Part shown: positions 29,693 through 40,526 of the stretch, piece by piece
Layout of the letters: each line of letters begins with the position of its first letter
Position numbering within the stretch: the first letter of the stretch is position 1
DNA from: a virus
Taxonomy: Duplodnaviria > Caudoviricetes
Virus record (IMG/VR): IMGVR_UViG_3300028025_003274
Coordinates: 4,169-68,168 of that record
Direction: 5' to 3' (one strand)
Length of the DNA stretch: 64,000 bases
Notes under the pieces: generated by a model
Databases searched by the model: none
Told to the model about the DNA's origin: nothing
What the model saw: the letters and a program-made list of their open reading frames with translations, nothing else
Position numbers and translations under genes: made by a program

Positions 29693-29971
29693 ATGCAACA
29701 ACAAAACCCGTTAGCAAATGTAAGATTTGACCAGACTACTGGAGTAGTATGTGAAAAATGTGGTAGTAATCTATTCACTGAAGGTTTATACCTTCGTAAG
29801 GTTTCTAAATTCCTTGTAGCTGCTACTAGCGATAAGGATCAAGTTATCCCAGTTCCAACATTCTTCTGCGTGAAGTGTAAGCATGTGAACAAAGAGTTTT
29901 CACCGCTAGGAATGGAAGAAGAAACAAAAGGAGGAGATGAAGAAATGGATAATTACAATCCTATTTTCTAA
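29693..29971 (+). CDS. Zinc-ribbon protein
   Basis: CEKC...CVKC. Confidence 0.65.
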   Translation: MQQQNPLANVRFDQTTGVVCEKCGSNLFTEGLYLRKVSKFLVAATSDKDQVIPVPTFFCVKCKHVNKEFSPLGMEEETKGGDEEMDNYNPIF

Positions 29972-29982
29972 AAATAAATGTT

Positions 29983-30177
29983 ATGACATTAGATGAAATA
30001 AACGAAGGTGTTGAACAGTGCAACAAAAAGTTAGACGATTACAATATTCAGATAGAAGCCCTATCTAATAAGGACGATCTAATGTCTGAAGATGTTCAAG
30101 CACAATTTGACTATTTGCTAAGAGAGATAGAGAAAACAACAGGAGAGCTAGAAGATTTGATAAAACAAATACAATGA
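29983..30177 (+). CDS. Small acidic coiled-coil protein
   Basis: 64 aa ORF in operon. Confidence 0.55.
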   Translation: MTLDEINEGVEQCNKKLDDYNIQIEALSNKDDLMSEDVQAQFDYLLREIEKTTGELEDLIKQIQ

Positions 30178-31115
30178 AAGAAGCAATCGCTTTATCAGAA
30201 AGCTTAGCTCCAAGAATCAGAAGAGAGAAGGGAGAGGGACAAAAACAAATATCCTTCTCCCAATACTCTGTTTATGAGTCATGCCCTCACCGTTGGTACC
30301 TTACTTACGCTCAAGGTCATTATTTATTTTCAGCAAGTATTAATACTGTTTTTGGTACAGCTATACATGAAGCCATACAAAAGTACTTGGCTATATTATT
30401 TAAAGAGTCTGTTAAAGCATCTGATGCTTTTGATATGGTAGAACACTTCGAGAAAGTATTCAGAGATGAGTACATTAAAGAAGTTACTAATAACGGAGGC
30501 GCACACTTCTCTACAAAACAAGAGATGGCAGAGTTTTATCAGGATGGAGTAGATATACTTAATTACTTTAGAAAGAAGAGAGTTGCTTATTTTTCTACAA
30601 AGGATATGGAATTACTTGGTATGGAAATCCCTCTACTAACAGAGATCCGTGATATAACAGATACTTTCTTATTTAATGGGTATATAGATCTAGTTCTTAG
30701 AGATAAGACTGACGGTACCATTTATATTGAGGATTTCAAAACATCTACTAAGGGATGGAGAGATTACGAGAAGAAGGATGAAATAAAACAAGCGCAGATC
30801 CTTTTGTATAAGAAGTATTTTGCAAAACAATTTGCAGTAGATGAATCTAAGATTGTTCCTAGATTTAGAATCCTTAAGAGAAAGCTGTATGAAAATGCTG
30901 ATTTTCCTCAATCTAGAGTGCAAGTACATGAACCTGCTAATGGAAAGGCTAAAGTACATCAAGCTGGACAACGCCTTATCAATTTCATAAACGAATGTTT
31001 TAATGAAGATGGTACTGCTAAGGAGAAATATCATACCAAAATATCATCCGGTAACAACTGCAGATTCTGTCCATTTAAAGATAGGGATGATCTTTGTGAT
31101 AAAAAAAATATGTGA
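30174..31115 (+). CDS. PD-(D/E)XK nuclease (RecB/Cas4-like, probable Fe-S)
   Basis: SFSQ..CP, GTAIH, GYID, EDFKT, Q..LY, CRFCPF....C. Confidence 0.85.
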   Translation: MKEAIALSESLAPRIRREKGEGQKQISFSQYSVYESCPHRWYLTYAQGHYLFSASINTVFGTAIHEAIQKYLAILFKESVKASDAFDMVEHFEKVFRDEYIKEVTNNGGAHFSTKQEMAEFYQDGVDILNYFRKKRVAYFSTKDMELLGMEIPLLTEIRDITDTFLFNGYIDLVLRDKTDGTIYIEDFKTSTKGWRDYEKKDEIKQAQILLYKKYFAKQFAVDESKIVPRFRILKRKLYENADFPQSRVQVHEPANGKAKVHQAGQRLINFINECFNEDGTAKEKYHTKISSGNNCRFCPFKDRDDLCDKKNM

Positions 31116-31166
31116 TAGACTTCATTTTAATGTAATTTTTATATATTTATTATATATAAATACATT

Positions 31167-31361
31167 ATGAAAGATAAATTAAAACTAACAAGTGTTAAAA
31201 TACACAAAGATCTATCTGAAAATTTTAAGATAGAAAGTGCAAGGACAGGGTTATCATTACAAAAATTTGTAAATAGGACTATACATTTGTATCTGACAGA
31301 TCCCGAATTTCAAGTTAAAATGTTGACTTATAATAACTTAGCAACTAGCGGAAGTCTTTAA
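31167..31361 (+). CDS. Small ribbon-helix-helix-like DNA-binding protein
   Basis: LTSVKIHKDL...SLQKFVNRTIHLY; late box at 31143. Confidence 0.55.
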   Translation: MKDKLKLTSVKIHKDLSENFKIESARTGLSLQKFVNRTIHLYLTDPEFQVKMLTYNNLATSGSL

Positions 31362-31378
31362 AAAAATAAAAACAAATA

Positions 31379-32818
31379 ATGAAAGCAGGTTATATCAAAA
31401 AAGAAGACAGGAAAAAAATCCTCTTCATAGGGGACGATATTAGGTTTTTCTCAGGTATCGCAACTATTTCCAGGGAGTTAGTAATAGGAACAGCCCATGC
31501 ATTTAACTACGCTTGTATAGGGGGAGCTATAGATCATCCGGACAAAAATAAAAGGATGGATCTATCACAGTCTACAAATGAAATTGCAGGTATCCCAGAT
31601 GCATCAGTTGTATTGTATCCCACTAATGGATATGGGACACAAGATTTAATAAGACAGCTTGTCAATGTAGAAAAGCCTGACTTACTAGTATTTATAACTG
31701 ATCCTAGATATTACGAGTGGTTGTTTAGATTAGAACAGGAGATTAGAAAAACTATTCCAATGGTTTATATTAACATTTGGGATTGCGAACCTGCTCCTCT
31801 GTATAACAAGAACTACTACAGATCTTGTGATACTCTTTTGGCTATTTCTAAACAAACTAAGATACTTAATGAAGTTGTTTTAGGAGAGTATGCAAAAGAC
31901 AAAACTATTAAATACTTTCCACACGGTATTAATGAGAATAATTTTTACCCTATAAGAAAAGGTCACGACCTATATCTAAAATTACAATCCTTTAAAAACA
32001 ATCTTCTTAAGGATAGAGATTTTGAATTTGTTCTATTGTTCAACAGTAGAAACATCAGAAGGAAATCTATACCAGATACCATAATGGCGTTCAGACATTT
32101 CCTAGATCAACTACCTTCAGAAAAAGCAAACAAGTGTTGTTTAGTGCTGCATACTCATAAAGTAGATGATAACGGTACAGATCTGCCAGCAGTTATTGAT
32201 TTAGTAATGGGAGAAAGAGGAGATCAAATAATCTTTTCAAATCCTGGAGAAGGAATTGAATACATGAATATGTTGTACAATTCTTCTGATGCTACTGTTT
32301 TATTATCTTCTAACGAAGGTTGGGGATTATCTCTTACAGAATCAATGATGTGCGGTAGAATGATTATTGCAAACGTAACTGGCGGTATGCAAGATCAAAT
32401 GAGATTTGAAGATGAAAAAGGTAACTGGATTGAGTTTGATGAGTCTTTCTGTACTAACCATCTGGGAAGATACAAGAAGTGCGGAGAGTGGGCCATTCCG
32501 GTATTCCCTTGCGGAATAAGCATCCAAGGGTCTCCCCCAACTCCATACATCTCAGATGATAGAATAGACTTCAGAGATGCGTCTAAAGCTATTATGGAAG
32601 TTTATAATATGGGTGCAGAAGAGAGAGATAGAAGAGGTTTGATAGCTAGGGATTGGGTAACTTCTTCTGAATCTATGATGAGCGCAAGAGCTATGTCAGA
32701 GAATTTTGTATCAACTATTTACGAGACTTTGGATAAGTGGAAACCTAGAGAGAGGTTTCATATTAAAAAAATAGAAGAAAGACCGTTAAAAACTCTTAAA
32801 CATTATATATCTTTGTAA
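31379..32818 (+). CDS. Glycosyltransferase, GT4/GT-B family
   Basis: PHGI, RNIRRK, NEGWGLSLTESM signature. Confidence 0.88.
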   Translation: MKAGYIKKEDRKKILFIGDDIRFFSGIATISRELVIGTAHAFNYACIGGAIDHPDKNKRMDLSQSTNEIAGIPDASVVLYPTNGYGTQDLIRQLVNVEKPDLLVFITDPRYYEWLFRLEQEIRKTIPMVYINIWDCEPAPLYNKNYYRSCDTLLAISKQTKILNEVVLGEYAKDKTIKYFPHGINENNFYPIRKGHDLYLKLQSFKNNLLKDRDFEFVLLFNSRNIRRKSIPDTIMAFRHFLDQLPSEKANKCCLVLHTHKVDDNGTDLPAVIDLVMGERGDQIIFSNPGEGIEYMNMLYNSSDATVLLSSNEGWGLSLTESMMCGRMIIANVTGGMQDQMRFEDEKGNWIEFDESFCTNHLGRYKKCGEWAIPVFPCGISIQGSPPTPYISDDRIDFRDASKAIMEVYNMGAEERDRRGLIARDWVTSSESMMSARAMSENFVSTIYETLDKWKPRERFHIKKIEERPLKTLKHYISL

Positions 32819-32827
32819 TCAATTGTT

Positions 32828-34093
32828 ATGAATAAACTTACTTGTGTTGTTTCTTGTCCTATAGATATTATTTCGGGATATGGATCTCGGAGCAGAGACT
32901 TTGTTAAAGCTTTAATTAAAGCTAAAGGAGAGGATTGGGATATTAAAATACTGTCCCAAAGATGGGGAGAATGTCCTTACGGGGCATTAAGTAGAGAAGT
33001 TCCGGAAGAGATGGATCTCATTAATAGGGTAATACCTCAGATGGATACTCAGCCAGATATATGGTTTCAGATTACAGTAGCTAATGAATTTCAACCTGTA
33101 GGTAAAGTTAGCATTGGAGTATCTGCTTTAGTAGAAACTACAATCTTACCAGCTGAATTATTAGAAGGCCTCAATAGAATGAATTTTAATATCGTATCTT
33201 CTAACTTTGTAAAAGAAGTAGCACAGAGGACAAGTTTTGATATGATGGATCCTAACACAAATCAAAAACAAAAAACGGTTAAATTAAATAAACCTATAGA
33301 AGTTTTGTTTGAAGGAGTTGACACTACAAAATATAAAAGATTAGAGAAGTCTAATTTTGATCTATCTGAAATAAAAGAAGAGTTTTGTTTTCTGTCTGTA
33401 GGTCATTGGCTAACTGGAGTGATGGGTGAAGATAGGAAGCAGTTGACTATTTTAATAAAAGCATTTCTTACTGCATTCAAAGATAAAAAGAAAAGGCCTG
33501 CCCTCATATTAAAAACAAGCTTAGCTGGTTTCAGTATTATTGAAGAAGAAAGTATACTGGACAGTCTAGATATTATAAGAAAGACTGTAGGTGGTGATAT
33601 GCCAAACATTTACTTATTGTATGGAGAGCTTACTGAAGAGGAGATGAACAATCTTTATAATCATGAAAAGGTAAAAGCCTTTGCTTTGGTAGGTAATGAA
33701 GGATTTGGTAGACCTTACTTAGAGTTCTCTGCTGCGTCTAGTAAGCCTGTAATTGCTTCTCCTTTTAGTGGACATACTGACTTTTTAAATGAAGAGTATA
33801 ATATCTTTGTACAAGGAAAAGTAGAACAGCTACACCCTTCAGCTGTAAATCAATTTTTGATAAAAGAAGCTAGTTGGTTTAAAGCAGATCCTAAATCAGT
33901 AGAGGATACGCTAAAAGCTGTATATGAAAACTATAATAAGTACGTAGATAATGCAAAGAGACAAGGACACCAATCAAGGACACAGTTCAGCTACGACAGT
34001 ATGGTAGAAAAATTGGCTGAGATACTTGAGAATAACGTTCCTAAGTTGAGCGTCCCTCAAATGATAAAACTTCCAAAGCTTAAAACTTTATAG
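32828..34093 (+). CDS. Glycosyltransferase, GT4-like
   Basis: SGYG, EGVD, EDRK, EGFGRPYLE, SGHTDF. Confidence 0.85.
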   Translation: MNKLTCVVSCPIDIISGYGSRSRDFVKALIKAKGEDWDIKILSQRWGECPYGALSREVPEEMDLINRVIPQMDTQPDIWFQITVANEFQPVGKVSIGVSALVETTILPAELLEGLNRMNFNIVSSNFVKEVAQRTSFDMMDPNTNQKQKTVKLNKPIEVLFEGVDTTKYKRLEKSNFDLSEIKEEFCFLSVGHWLTGVMGEDRKQLTILIKAFLTAFKDKKKRPALILKTSLAGFSIIEEESILDSLDIIRKTVGGDMPNIYLLYGELTEEEMNNLYNHEKVKAFALVGNEGFGRPYLEFSAASSKPVIASPFSGHTDFLNEEYNIFVQGKVEQLHPSAVNQFLIKEASWFKADPKSVEDTLKAVYENYNKYVDNAKRQGHQSRTQFSYDSMVEKLAEILENNVPKLSVPQMIKLPKLKTL

Positions 34094-34094
34094 T

Positions 34095-34421
34095 ATGACA
34101 AGTTATGAATTTGTAATTTGGTTAAAAGGATTTACAGAAGCTTGTAACGATTACACTGCTACTCCAAAGCAGTGGGATCGTATTAAAGAAGTGTTGAATG
34201 AAGTAGAAGACTATGAAGAGGATAATGGATTAGATTTAGAAATAGATGATTTTGAACCTGAGGCTCCTCTACACAATCCTTCCTATACAGGAAGTCCTAT
34301 ATTATTTAACCCAGGTTCCTCAGGAACAATCCCAATCCATGGATCAGGATTTGGATACTATACCAGTACCACACTGCATAAAACAACCCCAGAAGAAACA
34401 AAAAAACAATTATTAGATTAA
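34095..34421 (+). CDS. Hypothetical protein
   Basis: EFVIWLKGF...QWDRIKE.L N-terminal motif. Confidence 0.6.
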   Translation: MTSYEFVIWLKGFTEACNDYTATPKQWDRIKEVLNEVEDYEEDNGLDLEIDDFEPEAPLHNPSYTGSPILFNPGSSGTIPIHGSGFGYYTSTTLHKTTPEETKKQLLD

Positions 34422-34422
34422 T

Positions 34423-34866
34423 ATGCAAGATCAATTAACAACCTGCCGAAAATGTAAGAGTCCATTATGTTATGAACGCCATAATGATGGAGTAGTGAGC
34501 TGGGACTGTTTACAGTGTGGATTCACTACAAATACTTTATTACTTCAAAATACAGAAACTGTAGTATCTTATGAGTCTATGATTCCAAACTTGTTTAGAG
34601 ATATTAAGTATTTAGATGAGGATGGATTTGTATGGTACCCGACAACTATAACTAAAGAGGGTGTAGGTATTGTATTTGCGGATGGTACGTCTAAAGATAG
34701 TTGGAAGTGGGCATTCGCTCCTCATGTGCCAGTAACTGAGGAAGAGAAGGAGAGGTTCAAGAAAGCAGATGGAACTTACCACCAGTACAAGACAGACATG
34801 AAACATGTTCTTCATTTTGATCAAGAATATTTCTCAAGGGCTTTAGAGGCCGCAGGATTAATTTAA
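34423..34866 (+). CDS. Zinc-ribbon-containing hypothetical protein
   Basis: CRKC...CLQCGF. Confidence 0.65.
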   Translation: MQDQLTTCRKCKSPLCYERHNDGVVSWDCLQCGFTTNTLLLQNTETVVSYESMIPNLFRDIKYLDEDGFVWYPTTITKEGVGIVFADGTSKDSWKWAFAPHVPVTEEEKERFKKADGTYHQYKTDMKHVLHFDQEYFSRALEAAGLI

Positions 34867-34870
34867 TATC

Positions 34871-35494
34871 ATGGTACCTATATCATATTGTATAACGACT
34901 CATAATGAAGGAGAAGCTTATATAAGACCGCTCCTAGAAAGATTATTAAAGCACCTACAACCGGAAGATGAGGTTGTAATAGTAGATGATTTCTCTACAG
35001 ACGAATCTACAGTAGCCGTATTAGAGGAGTATAGAGATAGAGTTAATTTGTATTTCAATTCATTGGATAATGATTTTGCAGCACATAAAAACTTTGCTAA
35101 GTCTAAATGTACAAAAGATTACATCTTCTTTATAGATGCTGACGAGAACTTACATGAGAATTTATTGATAACTCTAAAAGAGATACTACTTAATAATTTA
35201 AATGTAGACATGTTCCTAGTACCAAGGATTAACGTAGTACCCGGACTTACCCAACAGCACATTCAGAAATGGGGATGGCAAGTAAATGATAAAGGGTATA
35301 TTAATTACCCAGATCTTCAAACCAGGATCGTAGTAAACAAACCTGAGATAGTGTGGGAGAACAAGGTACATGAGAGATTGGTTGGTCATAACACCCACGC
35401 AGCACTTCCATTTGAAACCGAGGACTATTGTCTTCTCCATGTGAAAAGTATAAAAAGACAGGAGGATCAGAATAACTTCTATAATACTTTGTAA
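34871..35494 (+). CDS. Glycosyltransferase, GT2 family
   Basis: ISYCITTHNE, VDDFSTD, FIDADE, VHE. Confidence 0.88.
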   Translation: MVPISYCITTHNEGEAYIRPLLERLLKHLQPEDEVVIVDDFSTDESTVAVLEEYRDRVNLYFNSLDNDFAAHKNFAKSKCTKDYIFFIDADENLHENLLITLKEILLNNLNVDMFLVPRINVVPGLTQQHIQKWGWQVNDKGYINYPDLQTRIVVNKPEIVWENKVHERLVGHNTHAALPFETEDYCLLHVKSIKRQEDQNNFYNTL

Positions 35495-36417
35495 TGAATA
35501 TACTATTCCACTCCAACCAATTAGGAGTTAGAGGAACTGAAGTGGCTTTATATGACTATGCCCACTATAATGAAACTATATTAGGTAATGTATCTTATAT
35601 AGCAGCTCCTGCTAATTCTGATATGTCTGCTTTAGAAAAGTTTAAAAGTAGATTTGGAGATAGAGTTGTATTGTATAATACTTTTGGAGAGTTAGGACTA
35701 TCCTCTTCTTATAAAATAGATGTTGCTTATTTTATAAAGGCTGGATTTAATGATGGTATATTGTTTCCTGGGGCTAAAAACATTGTACATGCAGTATTCG
35801 ATGCCTCTGACAAACATGGAGATGTGTATGTAGCAGTTAGTGAGTGGCTGGGTAAAAAGCACAATGTAGACTATCTTCCTCACATCGTATCTCTACCTGA
35901 TATAAAAGAAGACTTTAGAGACTTCATTGGAGCCTCTCATAGCGATATTATATTTGGAAGATATGGAGGGCTTGATCAATTTGATATTCCATATTTAGGA
36001 GAAGTTATAAAAGCAGCTGCAGACAAAGGAATTAAATTCTTGTTAATGAATACAAAGCAGTTTAATTTTCAACACCCTAACGTTATGTATTCAGAAGCTA
36101 ATACAGATATGAATACAAAGACAGCCTTCATTAATACATGCGATGCTATGATACATGGAAGAAGCGATGGAGAGTCTTTTGGTTTAGCGGTGGCAGAGTT
36201 CCTACATCAAAATAAACCAGTAGTCACTAACATACAATGCAGAGATAGAAATCATATACATGTTCTTGGGGACAAAGGTTTATACTATAGCAATGGCAAT
36301 GAGCTGTATGCAATACTTACATCTTTTGAAAAGAAGAATTACAATGTTAAGCCCCTGGTAGATCAATTTAAACCTGAGGTCATTATGCAAAAATTTAAAA
36401 TAATAACAAATGGCTGA
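35494..36417 (+). CDS. Glycosyltransferase, GT4-like
   Basis: RGTEVALYDYA, GRYGG, GESFGLAVAEF. Confidence 0.8.
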   Translation: MNILFHSNQLGVRGTEVALYDYAHYNETILGNVSYIAAPANSDMSALEKFKSRFGDRVVLYNTFGELGLSSSYKIDVAYFIKAGFNDGILFPGAKNIVHAVFDASDKHGDVYVAVSEWLGKKHNVDYLPHIVSLPDIKEDFRDFIGASHSDIIFGRYGGLDQFDIPYLGEVIKAAADKGIKFLLMNTKQFNFQHPNVMYSEANTDMNTKTAFINTCDAMIHGRSDGESFGLAVAEFLHQNKPVVTNIQCRDRNHIHVLGDKGLYYSNGNELYAILTSFEKKNYNVKPLVDQFKPEVIMQKFKIITNG

Positions 36418-37045
36418 TTACAGTGGCTGGGATGCCACATTAAAATCCACACTAGACAAAGAAGTTCAAGAGGCAGTTGACAGTTTAGAACCTAATGGAG
36501 TGTTATATGACGTAGGTGGAAATGTAGGATCCTTTACAGACTTAGTTTTACAAAAACTTCCTGATGTAGAGGTGTATATATTTGAGCCTATTAAAGATTA
36601 TTATAATTACATTGTGGAACGATTTCAAGATAAACCTAATGTAAAAGCATTTAACTACGCTCTTATAGAATCCAATAGAGAAGTGTCTATATCTAGATCA
36701 GGAGAAAATCCTGGATGGAATACTCTTTCCGAAATAGTTTCTTACGGGCAACAAGAACTAGTATCAGGTAGATCTTTATCAGATTTAATTAATACAGATA
36801 AGATACCCCTACCACAAGTTATAAAAGTAGATATAGAACAATCAGAATATTTATTTATAGAAGGATGTAAAGAGTTGTTCAAACAACATATACCAAGTAA
36901 AATAGTTATGGAGATTGGTTTTATACCTGGAAATCCTATGTGGGATAAAGAGAGAGATATGATAGAATATCTATTCAGCTTAGGGTATAAAAGATATGAG
37001 TATGAAAATAAAACCTCAACTTACGATGCAGTGTTCAGCAAATAA
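36410..37045 (+). CDS. FkbM-family SAM methyltransferase
   Basis: YDVGGNVG, FEP, IKVDIE. Confidence 0.85.
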   Translation: MADYSGWDATLKSTLDKEVQEAVDSLEPNGVLYDVGGNVGSFTDLVLQKLPDVEVYIFEPIKDYYNYIVERFQDKPNVKAFNYALIESNREVSISRSGENPGWNTLSEIVSYGQQELVSGRSLSDLINTDKIPLPQVIKVDIEQSEYLFIEGCKELFKQHIPSKIVMEIGFIPGNPMWDKERDMIEYLFSLGYKRYEYENKTSTYDAVFSK

Positions 37046-37949
37046 AATAGCGTTCATATTTGCACACCGTCCTACGGATGTTTGGAACACGCCATTGAGC
37101 TTGGTTAAAGATTTTGAGTCTAGAGGATGGGAAACTAGAATATACTCTCTATTTGATATATACGACAATTATGTAGATATCAATATACAACGTCTTATCG
37201 ATGATAGTACATCAAAAGAATTTAACCCAGACATTGTAATGTACATGGATTGGGGCAGATTTGATTCTCCTTTACTAGATAGTAAAAATATACCTGGAGC
37301 TTTCTGGGTAATGGAATCAGGAGATGATCCTCAGAACTTTGAACGTAATTCTAGCAAAGCCTCTAAGTTTCATCTTACTTTAACTCCGGCCCATGATTCT
37401 TACTTAGAATATAAGAGGAGGCATATAAATGCAGAGTGGTGGACACACTTTGCAGATAGCAATATACATAAGCCATATTCAGGGTTTACTCCGTTTGATG
37501 AACTTCCAAAGGTTAGATCTACTAGAGGCCCTGGCGGATCTAATCTTATGGATTACTTAAGTCAGATAATGCCTGATAAGTTTATAAATAGGAATGGTTT
37601 ATCTGGAATGGAGTATGGTGACTTTCTTAACAGCGGAGTTATAGTATTTCAACAGAGTAGGTGGCACGAGATAACTAGAAGATTGTTTGAAGGTATGGCT
37701 TGTGGAAAGTTAGTTATAACAGATAGACTTCCTATTCAAAGTAACATAGATGGATTGTTTATAGAAAATGAAGATATAATATATTATGATAGTTTAGGGG
37801 AATGTATTTCAAAAATAAACTACTACCTTAGCGAAGAAGCAAAATTAGAAAGAGAAAGAATAGCTTTAAATGGATACAATAAAGTTATTAATAATCATAC
37901 TCAAATTCAAAGAGTAGATATTATTTTAAAGAAATTCAAAGAGTACTGA
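36996..37949 (+). CDS. Glycosyltransferase (CgeB/Glyco_trans_1_2-like)
   Basis: RRLFEGMACG.LVITD...ERIALNGY..V..NHT...RV. Confidence 0.8.
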   Translation: MSMKIKPQLTMQCSANKIAFIFAHRPTDVWNTPLSLVKDFESRGWETRIYSLFDIYDNYVDINIQRLIDDSTSKEFNPDIVMYMDWGRFDSPLLDSKNIPGAFWVMESGDDPQNFERNSSKASKFHLTLTPAHDSYLEYKRRHINAEWWTHFADSNIHKPYSGFTPFDELPKVRSTRGPGGSNLMDYLSQIMPDKFINRNGLSGMEYGDFLNSGVIVFQQSRWHEITRRLFEGMACGKLVITDRLPIQSNIDGLFIENEDIIYYDSLGECISKINYYLSEEAKLERERIALNGYNKVINNHTQIQRVDIILKKFKEY

Positions 37950-37951
37950 CA

Positions 37952-38611
37952 ATGAATAGGAAGTTTTCAATTGTAATACCTACAATGTTTAAATGTCCGG
38001 ACATTACAAATGAGTTGCTAGGCAATCTGTATGATGATCCTGCTGTTTCTGAAGTGATAGTGATAAACAATACGGAAGAGCCTAACAATGTTACTAAGAT
38101 AAACGTAAGTAGCAAATTACAAATACAATCACAAAGTAAGAATTTATATGTAAACCCTTCTTGGAATCTGGGGGTATCTGTTGCTAAAGAGCCTTATGTA
38201 GGTATTCTTAATGATGACATTATAATTGCTGAGGGTTTGTTTTCTGGTCTTTCTAATGTTCCTATTGAAAATTTAGGTGTAATAGGGGCATCACATGGGT
38301 CTCTTATGCAATTAGATAAGCCGGAAAGGTTTATGTCAAAGGAATTTCAAATTAAAGGTATGCCGGAAAGAACGTGGGGATTTGGTATTTTTATGGTTTT
38401 ACATAAAAATCACTACCCACCAATACCAGAAGACATGAAAATATGGTGTGGAGATGATTATATATACCACCAGAATAGAATAGCAGGAAGACAAAATTGC
38501 ATACTTATTTGCCCTATTCAAACTAAAATGAGTACTACTTCTGATAATCCTATCTTTGATGAAATAAAAAACAATGATGTAGAGATATATAATTCAAAAT
38601 ATAAAGTATGA
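37952..38611 (+). CDS. Glycosyltransferase, GT2-like
   Basis: SIVIPT, VNPSWNLG, ILNDD, WCGDD. Confidence 0.8.
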   Translation: MNRKFSIVIPTMFKCPDITNELLGNLYDDPAVSEVIVINNTEEPNNVTKINVSSKLQIQSQSKNLYVNPSWNLGVSVAKEPYVGILNDDIIIAEGLFSGLSNVPIENLGVIGASHGSLMQLDKPERFMSKEFQIKGMPERTWGFGIFMVLHKNHYPPIPEDMKIWCGDDYIYHQNRIAGRQNCILICPIQTKMSTTSDNPIFDEIKNNDVEIYNSKYKV

Positions 38612-39237
38612 AAAGATACGAAATTATAAACAAGTTCATAAAAGAAAGGGGATATAAAGATTATTTAGAGATAGGAGTATACACCGGACAATGCATGAGA
38701 GAAGTCATTGCAGAAAATAGAACCGGAGTAGATCCAGGATCCGAAGGTCATATAGCTGAAGAAGTAACTCACCCAGTAACATCAGATGCTTTCTTTAAGA
38801 GTATTAAAGGATCTGATAAGATGTACGATATTATCTTCATAGATGGATTACATCATTCCTATCAAGTAGACGTTGATATAGAAAACGCATTAGTACATCT
38901 TAAAGATGGTGGAGTTATAGTAATGCATGACTGTAACCCAGAACAAGAGGTATACACATTAGTACCTAGAGTAAGCCCTATATGGCATGGAGATGTCTAT
39001 AAGTCTGTTTTAAGGTTTAGATCTAAGAGCTTACATAGTTTCTTTACAGTAGACACAGACTGCGGATGTGGGGTTATATTTAAAGATTATAAAGGTGACT
39101 CACATAATAGTGTAGAAGATTACAAAAAAGCATTATCTTCTTGGAGTTATTTCTTTGACAACAAACAAAGACTTTTAAATTTAATTAGTATAGAAGCCTT
39201 TATAAACACAGATTACAATGAGGTGGGACGTAATTAA
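38608..39237 (+). CDS. Class I SAM methyltransferase (Methyltransf_24-like)
   Basis: YLEIGV, GVDP, DIIFIDGLH, GGVIVMHD. Confidence 0.85.
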   Translation: MKRYEIINKFIKERGYKDYLEIGVYTGQCMREVIAENRTGVDPGSEGHIAEEVTHPVTSDAFFKSIKGSDKMYDIIFIDGLHHSYQVDVDIENALVHLKDGGVIVMHDCNPEQEVYTLVPRVSPIWHGDVYKSVLRFRSKSLHSFFTVDTDCGCGVIFKDYKGDSHNSVEDYKKALSSWSYFFDNKQRLLNLISIEAFINTDYNEVGRN

Positions 39238-39817
39238 TTATTTAGTAGAGCAAAACAACTACAAAAGATATCTAGAGATAGGGGTGCAAGAATACTACTC
39301 AAACTGCGATAAAATAAAGGTAGAATTTAAAATAGCAGTAGACCCAGCCCCCAAAAGTAAATGTGATTTTATAGGTACATCAGACGAGTATTTTTCTTCT
39401 ATAGATAAAGATGTTATGTTTGATATAGTCTTTATAGACGGGTTGCATCAAAGCGATCAAGTATTAAAAGATATACAGAATTCTTTAGATCACTTATCTG
39501 AAGGGGGTTCTATAGTTGTACATGACTGTCTTCCAGAAGCGGAATATCAGCAAGTAAGAGAGGATAATCATAGGGAGTGGACAGGAGATGTGTGGAAAGC
39601 TATAGCTATGTTAAAAGGCACTAGAGAAGATTTGGATATTAAAGTTTTAGATCATGATTGGGGATGTGGGATTATACAAAAAGGTATCCAAGAACTAGGC
39701 AAATATAAGACAGTAGAAGAGCTTAACTGGCCAATATTTGAGTTTAATAGGAACACATTGATGGGAGTTATCTCAGAGGGAGAATTTATAAATTACTACA
39801 AAAATGACAAAGCTTAA
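39218..39817 (+). CDS. Class I SAM methyltransferase (paralog of 38608)
   Basis: YLEIGV, VDP, DIVFIDGLH, GGSIVVHD, WTGDVWK. Confidence 0.85.
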   Translation: MRWDVINYLVEQNNYKRYLEIGVQEYYSNCDKIKVEFKIAVDPAPKSKCDFIGTSDEYFSSIDKDVMFDIVFIDGLHQSDQVLKDIQNSLDHLSEGGSIVVHDCLPEAEYQQVREDNHREWTGDVWKAIAMLKGTREDLDIKVLDHDWGCGIIQKGIQELGKYKTVEELNWPIFEFNRNTLMGVISEGEFINYYKNDKA

Positions 39818-40526
39818 TCTATCTATAGGCATCCTTACGTGGAATGCACACAGTACTCTTAAGAATACTTTAGAAAGTTATAAATTATCTGGGTTACTAG
39901 ACATGGTAAACGATGTCTGTATTTTCGCACAAGAAGGAAAAGAATTAGATTACAAAATAGCATCTGACTATGGTACGGATATAATAATGAGTCCTACCAA
40001 CGTAGGTATAGGAAAGGGTTTAAGTACTTTAGCACACGCAGCAGAGACTGATAATATATTACTTCTAGAGAATGATTGGATTATTCTGCCTGAACTTTTT
40101 CCTGTCGTATACAGTGAGGTATTTAAAGGACTGTATATGGTAGAACAAAAAAAGGCAGACGTAGTTAAATTTAGGAGTAGAAGAGCTCCAGGAGATCCTT
40201 TATACACTTTGCAATTCGCAAATTGCGAAATGACTAGCCCTAAGCATTTGTTTGAGTGTGTTCATTGGAGAGAAAATCCAGACCAAGATTTCCCTGAATA
40301 CATTAGTAAAGATCCAGAAACAGGACTGTACTATGCTAAAGCAAAGTACGCTAACCAAACTAACAATCCTTGTATTTATAATAAAGAGTTCTATATTAAA
40401 ACCATATCACCATTTTCCGGAGAGGGTAATGAACTAGAGGGTAAGATAGATGGATGGTGGCAAGAACAGGATATCACAGTTGCGCATGGAGAAGGATTGT
40501 TTACACATTACAGACTTGATAGATGA
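39804..40526 (+). CDS. Putative GT-A fold glycosyltransferase
   Basis: SIGILTW, NVGI, LLLENDW, TNNP. Confidence 0.6.
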   Translation: MTKLNLSIGILTWNAHSTLKNTLESYKLSGLLDMVNDVCIFAQEGKELDYKIASDYGTDIIMSPTNVGIGKGLSTLAHAAETDNILLLENDWIILPELFPVVYSEVFKGLYMVEQKKADVVKFRSRRAPGDPLYTLQFANCEMTSPKHLFECVHWRENPDQDFPEYISKDPETGLYYAKAKYANQTNNPCIYNKEFYIKTISPFSGEGNELEGKIDGWWQEQDITVAHGEGLFTHYRLDR